Source: Ptychomitrium polyphyllum (Eukaryota). From it: a DNA stretch of 64,000 nt. The notes below the pieces were generated by a model. That model had not been told where the DNA came from and ran no database searches. It saw only the letters and a list, made by a program, of their open reading frames with translations. This document shows, piece by piece, positions 35,801-47,505 of this stretch. Numbering within the stretch: position 1 is the first letter of the stretch; each line of letters opens with the position of its first letter. The DNA lies in the NCBI GenBank assembly GCA_973851085.1, contig OZ316776.1:15066001-15130000 (forward strand). Reading direction: 5' to 3'. Position numbers and translations under genes: made by a program.

Positions 35801-38800
35801 TAGTCCACGCACATACGTAATGATCCATCTTTCTTCTTTACAAATAGAATGGGTGTTCCAGCAGGTGATTTAGAATGTTGAATGAAACCCTTTCCAAGGT
35901 TTTCATCAATATATTCTCTCAAGGCAGCCAACTCTGTTTGTGATAAGTTATGAATAGGTCCAAAAGGTGGTTGGGCTCCTTCTTGCAACTCAATGGTACA
36001 ATCGTAAGGCCAGTGCTTTGGTAACATGTCCGCATTCTTCTTTTCAAAAACGTCTTTATAATCTTGATATTGACGAGGTATGTTTTGATTAGTCTCTATT
36101 GTTGAGCTAGACATTGGCGTGGCATAAACGGCATAGATTGGTTCATCCTTTGCTGCTCTCATAAATGCCTTTGCTCCAATAAATGATGGTCCAAGATTTC
36201 TCGTACCTTCGCGTCTTTTCCTTGAGACCACACTCCGTAAGCGCCAGTTTATGTCTCGATTAGGTAATTCAAACCAAGGAAGGCCCAAAACAATAGGATT
36301 TGTTTGGCATTGAATGATGTTGAAGACAATCTTAGATGGCTGGTCTCCTAAAATAACGTCCAATGGTTGAGTTTTTTCAATAACGTTGCCAGACGCAAGA
36401 GATCGTCCATCATTAACTTCATCAGGTGCGGGATATTTTTTCTTCACAAGCACCATATGATGTTTGGTTGCAAAATCCTTGTCCATAAAACATGCCGTTG
36501 CACCAGTGTCTAAGAGAGCCTCGCTAATTATTTCATCATCTAACAAATTAATTTTGATAGGAAATGTAAAACAAGAGGTAGGGCTTGAAGGTAGTAAGAG
36601 ACCTTGATTTGATGGTCGTTTCTTTGTGGTGTCCAGTCGCATGGTCCCTACTGTGACTGGACAGCCTCGTTTTCCAACTCCACCATTGTGCTATGAGCCT
36701 TAAAGGTAGATCCTTTGACTTGGCAGTTGCGCACTTTATGTCCAGACTTGCCACAATACAAACATAGGTTTTCTCTTCGACGCCTTTCTTTTTCTTCTGG
36801 AGTCATGCATCTGAACTGGGCAGCATCAATTTACATAGGTTCTGGTCCTTGCGGTCGGCTTTCAGATGCTCTTGAAGAAGTGGTAGCCATGCTTTGATGT
36901 ATTGGTCGCCATCCCAAGCGTTGTTCTTGGCGCCTCTCAAATAGTCTGTTGTCACATGCTATTGCCTGAGTGATGAATTCGTCCAATGTTTCAACTCTTG
37001 GCATTGTGAGTAGCAAGTCCTTGACATTCTCTCTTAAGCTCCATTGAAATTGTGTGACCAAGGCTTTATTATTCCAGTCAAGGTCGCAAGCTAATTGTCG
37101 AAACTCTGCAGCATATGTAGCAGCTGAGCGCTGCCCTTATTGGAGACTTTGGATCCTTGTCTCAGCCACGCTATCTCAGTCGGTGTTTTTAAAAGTAGAT
37201 GTCAATGCTTCTATAAAAGCATCTAAGTTGTTTAATAATGAAGATTGCTTCTCCATTAGTGGTGCAAACCACGATAGTGCATTGTTTGATAAAAGAGTGG
37301 CCTCAAATCCTACTTGAGTAGTGCCATCAGGATAGCGAGATTGATGCAAACTAAGGAAGAGTCTTACTTGTTGAACAAAGCCTCTCAATTTCGATCTTGA
37401 TCCATCAAACTTGTCTCGCATACTAATCTTTGGCTCTGAGTGGGTTCGACGGAAACCTTCTCTTCCAATATTGGCCTCTCGCAATCGAACAACCTCTTGA
37501 TATAGGCTTTGAGTATCAACATTGGATTCTTCAGCTTTCCGAGTGTGTTGCTCCAAATTGTTGGTGGTATTAAAACGGGGGAGTTCCGTTCGATCTGTGT
37601 TTAATAACTCTTGAAGGTTTGCAATAGTTGCAAACCTATTCTCTGATGTTCCAGGCACATTATCCATTTCTTAAGACTCTCAAAGACAGAAAGAGTATGA
37701 GTATCTTCAAAGAAGGAAATCTACGTATTTTGAAAGAAGTAATACTTGATTCTAGAAGGAGAAACCAACTCTATGGTGCCAGCTTAGAGGAGGGTAATCC
37801 GCAACCTCTAAAACGCTATGGAATCCTAAAGAAGATGGGTAATCCACAATCTTCTTCAAAGAACCTTACCTCTGACAAAGATGAAAAGTAGTCTTGCCAA
37901 ACTGTTAGGGACACAAGAAACAAGAAGCAGAAACGAAGTTTTTCCCAAGAATTAGCTTCCAAAGAGCTAATGATTAACAAGAAGTTGATACAAAGACTAG
38001 AACAAGGTAGGATTCAAGATGATCCACAACTTGTGTTGGCAAGACTAAGGATTACCTTGTCTTGCCTCCTATTTATACTGAGACGTTTGTACCTCCTATG
38101 ATACTTCTAAAGAAGCTTCCTAGAAGGCTTAAGAATGTTCTAGAAGTCTAAAGAATCTTCCCAAGAAGTTTCCTAAAATGTTGGAACCTTCCTAAGTAGC
38201 TTCCAAGGAATTGGAACCTTCTATGGAAGCTTCCAAGGAGTTGGAACCTTCCTTGGAAGTTTTTTAAAACAGCGGAACCTTCTTAGGAAGTATCCTAGGA
38301 AGTTTCCTAGGAAGTAACCTAAGATGATAGAACCTTCCTGGAAGTTTCCTAAGGTGGAGGAACTTTCTTAGGAAGCTTCCTAAAAACATAAAAAAGACTA
38401 CGGAGACATCTAAAAGTATTCTAAGAAACTATTCTATTATACTAAAAGGTTCTAGAATGTTCTAAGGACTATGTTGGATGATTTATGTCCGTGGCAGACT
38501 ATACAGCCTTGAATAAAGCCACCATCAAGAACAACTATCATTTGCCACGCATTGTTGACCTCTTTGATAGATTGGCGAGAGCTAAATACTTTAGTCGGAT
38601 AGACTTGAAGTCGGGCTACTCTCAAATCCGCATTGCGGATGAAGATGTGCCAAAGACCGCATGCCGCACTAGGTATGGGTCCTATGAATTTTTGGTGATG
38701 CCATTCGGGTTGTGTAATGCTCCTTCGATGTGTATGACCCTCATGAATACCATCTTTTGAGAAGAGATGGATGACTTTGTCATTGTTTATATTGATGACA

Positions 38801-41102
38801 TCTTGGTGTAGTCCAAGTTGGCGGAGGAACATGCAAGGCACCTCGAAGTGGTGCTTCAAAACTTAGGGACCACAAACTTTATGCCAACGGAGAAAAGAGT
38901 GAGTTTGCTCAACTTGAGATTGAGTTCTTGGGCCATATAGTGACGGATGATGAAATCAAGCCGGACATAAGAAAGATAAAGGCAATTAGAGAGTGGAAAC
39001 AACCTTCTACACAAAAGGAGCTGAGATCATTTCTTGGCCTAGCAAATTATTACAGGAGGTTCATACGCAACTTCTCCAAAATTGCTAGACCTTTGTCCGA
39101 CTTGTTGAAGAAAGGAGCTAGCCAAGTATGGGATGGATTTTGTCACCAAGCTTTTCAAGAACTCAAGGATAAGTTGTCATAACCGCCGGTATTGAAGTTT
39201 CTCGAGTTTGAAAAGCCCTTTGAGGTCCACACGGATGCAAGTGACTTTGGCATTGGCGGAGTGCTCATGCAAGAAGGCATGCCAATTGCCTATGAGAGCA
39301 AGAAGTTGGATGGATGCCAAAAGAGGTGGCCCACGCACGAGAAAGAACTCTTTGCTGTAGTGCATTGTTTGAAAACATGGCGGCACTACTTGGGCCTACA
39401 TAAAACCAAAGTCTACACGGACAACGTGTCCTTGAAGTACTTTGAGTCGCAAGCGCAAATGAATGCAAAACAATTGAGGTGGCATGACACCTTGGCACTC
39501 ATGAATGTGGATTTGATCCACAAGCCGGGGTGTGACAATGTAGTGCCGGATGCTCTAAGTAGGCGGGAGGAGTTGCAAGCGATGGGCACAACCGAAGTCC
39601 TGCGAGTAATGTACAAAAGAGAAGGCAATTTGGAAAGGAAGATAAGAGAGGGGTACATGAAGGACTCCGAAGCACAAAGGCTTCTCGGTGGGCTTAAAAA
39701 GGGTAAGAAACTCAAGGAAATTAAGTTGGAGAAGGGATTGCTCAAGTACAAACAAAGTCGGGTGTATGTGCCTCGAGGAAAACTACGGTTGTTGGTTTTG
39801 AAAGAAGAACATGATAGTCCCATAGCCGGCCATAGAGGGGAAAAAACCACCATAGCGGCGGTGTCAAGAAGGTACTATTGGCCAGGCATGAAAGCGGACA
39901 TCACCAATTTTGTAAAAACTTGTGTGAAGTGCCAACTCAATAGAGCCTCTTACCAAAAGCAAGCCGGTCTACTACAACCTTTGCCAATTCCGCCGGGTCC
40001 ATGGCATAATGTGTCCATGGACTTCATCACAAGTCTTTCGGAATTGCAAGGGCATAATGCCATCTTTGTGATGGTGGATCGCTTTAGCAAGTTGGCGCAC
40101 ATGGTGCCAACTAGAGGAATCGTAACTGCACATGAGACCGCAAAGCTATTCCTTGATGCATGGTGGAAACATCACGGGTTGCCGAGAGTGATTGTATCGG
40201 ACTAAGATCCAAAATTCACTAGTGCTCTTTGGAAACATTTCTTTAGGAAAGTTGGAACCAAATTAACGTTTAGCACTGCCTTCCATCCTCAAACGGATGG
40301 ACAAACGGAACAAGTGAACGGAGTCTTGAACCAATACTTGAGGAACTTTGTGAGTGCAGACCAGTGCGATTGGGTGGATTATGTGAGCCTTGCGGAGTTC
40401 AGTTACAATGCGGCCAACTATTTGGCGACAAAGCAGTCGCCATTTAAGGTGGCCTATGGAGTGGAGCCACTCTAGCCTGCCGACTTAGCTCTCAAACGTG
40501 CACATTCAACACTAGAGTTTAACCAAGATGGTAAAGACTTGGCCAAAAAGCGAGAACAAATGATGGAAAAGACCAAGCTTTTGTTGGAAAAAGCACAAAA
40601 GCGGTACGAGAAACAAGTCAATGCCGGAAGACGTGAAGTGGAGTATGAAGTAGGCCAAAAGGTATTGTTGAATGTGAAGAACTTTAGCTTGCCCGAAGGC
40701 CTCATTCCAAAGTTCATGTCCAAGTTTGCGGGACCGTTTTCCATTGAAGAGCGCATGTTTAAAGACGTGTACAAGTTGGAGCTACCACCTGAAATCAAAG
40801 TGCACCCAACATTTCATGTCTCACTCCTTAAGCCATTCAAAAAAGATACCTTGTGGCCCAATCGCAAACAAGTGATTTGGCCACCGCCGGAATTGGTAGG
40901 CGACCACTTGGAATACGAAGTAGAAGGAATTCTCAAGTGTAGGCACCACAAGAAAATAGGAAAAGAGTGTTTGGTGAAGTGGAGAGGGTACCATGAAAAG
41001 GAAGCAACTTGGGTAGCAGCCAAGGACTTGGAAAATGCCAATGAAGTGGTGGAACGCTTTGAGAAGGATAGGAACTCCAACAAAAGACAACGTCAGCATT
41101 GA
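29819..41102 (+). pseudogene. Family-B gag-pol polyprotein (29819-31845 plus 38502-41102), split within RT by element A
   Basis: CHGCGKIGHFIAEC knuckle, LIDIGATHSF protease, LRMCVDY|..[10 protein letters not shown] across the insertion, VHTDASDF, FHPQTDGQTE and a chromodomain YEVEGILK..LVKWRGY..ATW. Several stops (e.g. 30176, 38758, 39180, 40203) and a frameshift. Confidence 0.93.
31846..38496 (-). mobile_element. Family-A chromovirus copy 2, full-length, nested in the RT of element B
   Basis: LTRs 37903-38496 (5') and 31846-32508 (3'). Perfect 5-bp TSD gacta at 31841-31845 and 38497-38501. gag starts at 37667, pol spans 36642-33163 and the extra ORF 33163-32564. Confidence 0.97.
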
Positions 41103-44100
41103 TGAGGACATCAATCTCTTTTAGTAGGGGGAGAGAGACTTGTAGCAGTAACTTCTTCACATTATGTATTGGTTCTTTGACTTATGGAAATAAAGTTAAA
41201 CCTTTGTGTGTGTGCAAAGAAAAGAATATAAGATGACGTCCTAGTCTTGTGCTTGTACTAAATTGGTAGAAGAGGGGGAATAGACATGTGAAACCAAGTT
41301 GGGAAGGCCGAGAAATAGGGACCAAGGCTTGGAAGAGGAATGGTTAAAACCATGAAACCTCCTCGCCTCGGGCTTGTCCGGGCATGGACAAGGTAATGGC
41401 GCGTGCTCATAAAAGCGCCACTCCTACAAACTAACAAAAGTTAGTGCATGGGAGTCATGAACCTATGTCTCAATCGAAATAGTGGGATCCAGGTTGGGCG
41501 GAACTTGGCATTACCCCCTTGCGATCGAGTCGTGGAATAAAAGCTACCTTGGGTTTGCAACCAAGACAACTTGGTGGAGCATTGAGGTCCAGCCTAGTCA
41601 AAAGGGAAGAGTTAGGGAAGTGTAGCCTAACTAGGGAGTGTATCCCAAGAGGGTCTTAAAGTAGATAGGTCTAGAGTAGTTTAGGGCCCCAAAGATTTTT
41701 GTCTAGGGTGCCTAAACAGACCACCTCCTAAACGACACCTTTGAGACTTTGCCAAAGACTTATGAGTGCATTGTGGGAGTCGCACCGTGGATGAAACACA
41801 ATGCTGCACCACTAGAGGATGGCAACCTTGGAATTGGTGTGCCGACTACAAGTATAGTCGATGAGGGCATCGACTCCATTAAGGTGGAGGTGAGTGTCGC
41901 GCACCTCTCCTTGGAGGAGTGCCCGCAACACTAAGGGCACAAGGGAGACCTCAAAGTGACATCCGGGACTTGTGGCGCCGATAGTGAGGAGAACCGAGTG
42001 GGCCTAGCATGGGAAGGATCCCTAGGGGGAGAAACATCCTTGCCCATGTAGACCGAGAGCCACGAGGGATAAATCGTGGGCATTGGAGGAATCACAAAGA
42101 GCTGATTCTAGAATGCTAAGGATTGCCCAAATCGGACATGGGAGCTAAAAGTTATGGCATTCCAAAGTTGGGGTTGTTCTGGAGTGTAGCAACCCTACAC
42201 AGTGACTGTACTGGAGTGGGAGAGTCCAGGGAGGGACTCTTCGGGAGTCCCGAATTTTGAGAGAGGCGTATCTCGCACAATACTAACTCAAATCGGACGT
42301 TTAAGGATTTTATCGGCATCTACTAAAGAGTTGATGACGATAAAGTGGTCGCGTGATACATTTGGGCACCGGATGAGGAAGATATGGCTCCTTAAAGGTC
42401 CGCTGGGAGTCCCGGAGGCTTCCAGCGGCTAAGTCCCAAGGGGGATCGGGTGGTCTTCCAAAACTCTAGGTGTGTTGGGCTTCAGCCAGCTACAAAGGGG
42501 CAGGGGGCCTGCCAAATCCCACAGAGAGTACTATAATGGAAGGCTGGTCCCCCTCCCCACTCCCCTAGTGTCCCATAAAAGACCAAGGGTGAGTCCCGAT
42601 TGGTGAAGCTAGTGTTGGAGCTTCACCACGGGGACTCCCACATCATTGTGAGCCGGTGGACGGCCAGTTTCACGGAGAGAACTAGCACGTTCAAAAGGGT
42701 ATGTTTGTTACCACTAAGTTGGGGTGGTGTCTTCACGCCGGCATCATGATGGCCCGGGGTGATCTTAGGATCGCTTCGACATCATGAGTGGTGGTGAGGA
42801 GACACCACTAAGTGCGGTTAGGCCGTGTGGAATGGGAGTAACACTAAGTGAGGCCTTCGACATGAATGGAAGTCCGCACTTAACCATTGGCTACCAATAA
42901 ATTGGATGTCCTAAGAGAAATGGTAGAAAGATTTGGAAAGTGAGAATGGGGGTTAACCATGTGCATGTGAGGGTGTATAGGGTTGACGTGCGTGACGCTT
43001 GCTAAAGTGCATTACAAGGGTTGCGAAACAATGTCTACCGCTACCATGGATTATCCGACAATATTATATTAGTTCGTGGACCATAGTTTGTATCAAGATT
43101 TTGAAAGCCGCTCTTTGAAATCTTTAAGGTGGACATCAAACTTTTTTTTGCCTTCTATCCTCAAACGGATGGCCAAACAGAGCAAGTCAACCAAATCTTT
43201 GACCAATATTTGAGGTGTACCATCAACTACCAACAAGATGATTGGGCTTCCTACTTGACATTAGCTGAGTTTGCTTACAACAACACCACTTACGCTTCCA
43301 TCTTACAAATGCCATTCTATTCCAACTATGGACATCATCCAAAAATGAATATATTTGAGCCTCCACGATCTGAAAATCCAACAACAGAGGAATTTGCCAA
43401 AAGAATGGCAAAGCTTCAAACAACCATGAAGACTCAACCACAAAAAGCTCAAGAATGATACAAATCAACAATAGATGCAACAAGAAAGGAACAACCTCCA
43501 TTCTAAGTTGGTGAAAAGGGGTGGCTCCTTTGACGCAATATAAGGACCAATAGGTCATGTGACAAGCTAAATTATTGCAGATTGAGACCATTTGCAATCA
43601 AAAAAACAAGTCAACTAAGTGGCATATCATTTGGAACTACCAACATCAATGAAGGTACATCCCATCTTCCACATTTCACTTTTGGAAACTTATAAGGAAT
43701 CAAATATTCTTGAGCGAAGGCAGCTGCCACCATCTGTAGTCGAAATTGGCAATCATCATGAATTTGAAGTGTAAGAAGTGCTTGACTCACGGATAAGACG
43801 TGGAAAACTAGAATATTTGGTACATTGGCGTGGATATGACATTAGTGAACGTACATGGGAGCTAGCTAATAACCTTGTGAATTCACCAGTAAAAATTTGT
43901 GAGTTCCATCGACAACATCCATCGAAACTAAAAGTAGTAGTAGATGGGATAGTAGCTCAGTAAGATTGCATAACCTTAAAGGCTCTTGATGCATGGGCTT
44001 TTAAGTAGGAGAAAAAACAATTCTTAGATCATAAGTTTCCAAAGCCCAAGACATGATTTAGATATTAGTCGTTTGTATTTTGAAGTTTGTCATAGTTTTT

Positions 44101-44126
44101 TGAGACTAGCTTGACATATATTAGAT

Positions 44127-44477
44127 ATGGACAACCAAGATGCAGATACCATGCTAGTGGTGTCAAGCTTACCAAGTGGCTTTCATCGACGACCTCGTGA
44201 TGAAGAACAGACTGGATCAAAAAGACGTCAGAGGATATCCAACAATAGATTGTTGGTGATTGTCTTTGAAGTGGAGTTAGTTTACAAAGGTTATCTAAAA
44301 GTTATTTTTGAAGAACGCTTTCACAACGAAGATACAAAAGTTCATGTTTGGTTTCAAGTAGAAGGCATTGGACACTATTGGTGGTTAGGAGAAGCTTGGA
44401 TCTATTTGAATCGAAAACAATAAATGGAGTATGTTGCAGATTTCATGCGACAAATCTTTGACTTTTTACAGCTCTAA
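44127..44477 (+). pseudogene. Family-C extra 3' ORF with one internal stop at 44421
   Basis: ...RLLVIVFEVELVYKG..VIFEERF...GHYWWL...NRKQ*MEYVADFMRQIFDFLQL*, homologous to 20340-20939. Confidence 0.55.
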
Positions 44478-46061
44478 GCATTTGTTGTTTCTTAGAGACC
44501 TCAGAGCTAGAAGGGGAGGTGATGTCACGGACATACATATTAGAAGCATCCAAAAAGGTTGTTAGAAGATTTATAAAGCTTCCAAGGAAGTTACCTTGGA
44601 TTTGAGAAGCTTCTAAGAAAATTGCCTTGACTTAAAAAGCTTCCAATGAAGTTACCTTCATATTAGGAAGCTTTCAAGGAAGTTACATTCAGGTTAGGAA
44701 GCTTCCAAAGAAGTTGCTTTAGTTGAAGAAGCTTCCAAGGAAGTTGCCTTAGCTAGAAAGCTTTCAAGGAAGTTGCCTTAGCTAGAAAGCTTCCAAGGAA
44801 GCAACTTAAGGTTGCTTAAGTACGAAGCAATGTAGGTGAAGCTTCTCAAAAAGCTTCCAAGGCTTGTAGTTCTAGTATGTATAGGAGTCAAGACTGAAGA
44901 GTTCTTCAGTCTCAACAACGCATCTCTTGTGGTGTAGTTCAGACATTCTGGCTTTGTCTATTGTACCTTATTGTAATTCTATACCTCTAATATACGTGGG
45001 TTTATCTTGTTTCACATCTTGGAATCCTAGAGCCTTGTCTTGTGGTTATTTTGTTTGTAACAACAATACCTTCTTTACTTATTGTACAAATTTCTTAGTT
45101 TCATCTCCACATTGGCCAACTTCAAGCAAACTTCATCATGCAATAATCACCACTAAAACCAAAGTTGGAGCATTAAAATATCTGTCCACACAAAGCAAAA
45201 ATAACAAAGTTAAAGGCAACAATATTAAACTAGGATTTATATTTTATTATTGATGAAAAATTAAAATTCTTGAAAATCTTATATACAAATGTGGTTTATC
45301 CATGCTTTAAAAGAAAATTCCATTCAAAATATTAGGCAAAAAATGATCAGTTTTTCATTCATCAATTATTGTAATTTTGAAAAGATAAACTTTTATTTGA
45401 ATAAAAAGCTTTGATTGAATTTTGAATATTCTATCTATTATCAAATTATTGAAATAATTTAACATTTTTGAATTTTAAATGCTGAAATTCAGCACTTTTT
45501 AATATATATCGCAATTGACAATGCTTTGATAAATCCATAAAAAAACCATATATTGGTATTAGTTTTTTTTGAATAAAAAACTAATTAATTTTGTTTGAGT
45601 ATAAAAATTAATATTAAATATGTAAGTTTAGCCACTATTTGGCAATACTTTGTTTTAAAAATAAAAAATGTAATAAAGTTTTCAAACCATAAATATATAG
45701 AGGTTTTTTAAAAATATTTCATTAAAAGTTCTATGATAACAGAGAATGTTTTTTGTTACGTAAAAAGATTTTATCCCAAAGTTATGTTAATAATTTAATA
45801 AAAATTGTAAGATGAAAGAGATATTAGATAAAAATTATATGATAAATAAAACATATACCTATATTGTTTATAAAAAATATTGAAGAATTGGAAATTATGA
45901 TGTAAAAAAAGATGGTTGATAAAAAATGTATATTATTATGTACATGTTCCATATAATGGCATGTAAGTGATGTTTGGCAGTAGAAAATATGTGGTATGTG
46001 GTGCATTGCTTAATTGATACATTCAATACTATGCATTCAACAACCATACATATATCTATAA

Positions 46062-46132
46062 GCTGAAAGAAAAGGTTCTCAAAGAATAAAGAGCCTTGGC
46101 TGAAAGAAAAGGTTCTCAAAGAATAAAGAGCC
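46062..46132. repeat. 37-bp-period tandem duplication
   Basis: gctgaaagaaaaggttctcaaagaataaagagcc at 46062 and 46099. Confidence 0.9.
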
Positions 46133-46214
46133 ACTCAGGCGTTAACAGAAAAAGAAGTGGGGCGTGAATAGCGTCAAAGAAAACAGAACGTTTGACCTGA
46201 GTCCGTGACCACTG

Positions 46215-46223
46215 AAACCCTAA
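46215..46223 (+). promoter_or_regulatory. Telo-box (AAACCCTAA) upstream of SRP68; a second copy lies at 47390-47398 in the presumed 5'-UTR intron
   Basis: Exact motif match. Telo-boxes are typical of plant translation-machinery gene promoters; function here is untested. Confidence 0.4.
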
Positions 46224-47505
46224 CTCTGTCTCTCTCACACTAGGAGAGCCCTGCGCCGCAGGGAGTTCTCTTTGTCCCATTCTTGACCGATACATCGGTG
46301 ATACTCGTAAAATATTGACTCGATACCCTGTCATTACTGACGTGATACCAATAAGATACACGGCCAAAGTATCACAAGATTACGAGAACCCTCACTCTCG
46401 TCTCTGTCCTCTCTAGTCTGTCACTCGCCCGCTGAGCTCGCCATCGCCAGCGCGCCCTCTCGGAACCTGGAGGTCAGTCAGTCAGTCAGGCGCTTCTCGG
46501 ATTCACTTCTTGTGTGGGTCTCTTCCTGGATCAATCCGCTGTCCTGCTCTACCTACTTCTTTCCTTCCTTTTGGCGCTCTCTGTCAATAGCTTGGTGCAT
46601 TTCAATCCCAGCAACGACCTAGGGTTTGCTGCGCTTTCGTCGTTGTGTTAAATTCTTAGTTGAGGAGTTCATTGGACAATCGAAGGTGGTTTTCTTCGTG
46701 GATTTCTTGAGGTTTTGGTGTGGTGCTCGGATGGCTGAAACGTGCGGGTTGTTCTTATAGTGAGTGCGCTTTCGTCTGCCATAGCAATGTGGTTGTCATT
46801 CGATTGCGAGCTGCTTGTTTGTTCGTTAGCTAACTCGTGGCTCTTTTCTTACAGTGGCAAGTAAAGTACCTCCTCTTGCGCGAATTTGCGTAAATACGCT
46901 TTGTACACTGCTCTGGTTTGTCCTGCATTGTTAGTCTGGTCACATTGAGAAATTAGGATCGGATTACATGTCAGATTGTTGTAGAGTTTTTGGCTTTATT
47001 TTTTGAAATTCTCGTGCCCAATCCATATCTTGTAGAAGCTTCACTAGTATTGGCGAGGCTTCTTTAGGTGTTTTCTAGCTACTTGGCTGTGTAGATTGTT
47101 GGTTCTGAGGTTAGGACTTGATTTGAGTCGTGAGAACTTGCTACTTCACCTTATCACAATACCTACCTCACAGCATTCGTTTCCTTCTCTACGTGATAAA
47201 TCTAGCAAGTTCTAAAGTTATGGATGAACTATATCAATTTCAGCACAGGTCTTTGTTCGAAGTGAACTTCATTTGCTTGGTGATGCAATTGTTTTTCTCT
47301 ACTTCCTTTTGCAATCGTGATCGGTAGCTGTGTGTCGTGTCATACAGGAATTTTGCCTACTCTTTCCCGCACTTGAGTTGATGTTTGAGAAACCCTAAAC
47401 CCCGAAATAGAGACAAAACCCTACGTCGGAGACGCTCAAGCCTTACTTTGTTAAATTTTGTCAATTCTCTCTTCTGAAGTGCTCTGTTTCTTCTTGTCAG
47501 GCGCC

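Larger units (their letters stand above)
28619..43028 (+). mobile_element. Family-B Ty3/gypsy chromovirus (Galadriel-like), full-length, carrying a nested family-A element
   Basis: 5' LTR ~28619-29766; tRNA-iMet-type PBS tggtatcagagc 29769-29780; PPT aaggtggaggtgag 41881-41894; 3' LTR 41895-43028. The TSD is degenerate. The clade call is from recalled motif similarity only. Confidence 0.93.
27387..45062 (+). mobile_element. Family-C chromovirus, 5'-truncated and decayed (27387-28618 plus 43029-45062), interrupted by element B
   Basis: The left part has RT-end/RNase H/integrase motifs (DVQCFLGFANFYR, YEIHNKELLAIV, HFGFNKTLEL). The integrase resumes at ~43029 (NVYRYHGL). PPT agaaggggaggtga 44509-44522; 3' LTR 44523-45062 (TG...CA). 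Confidence 0.88.
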
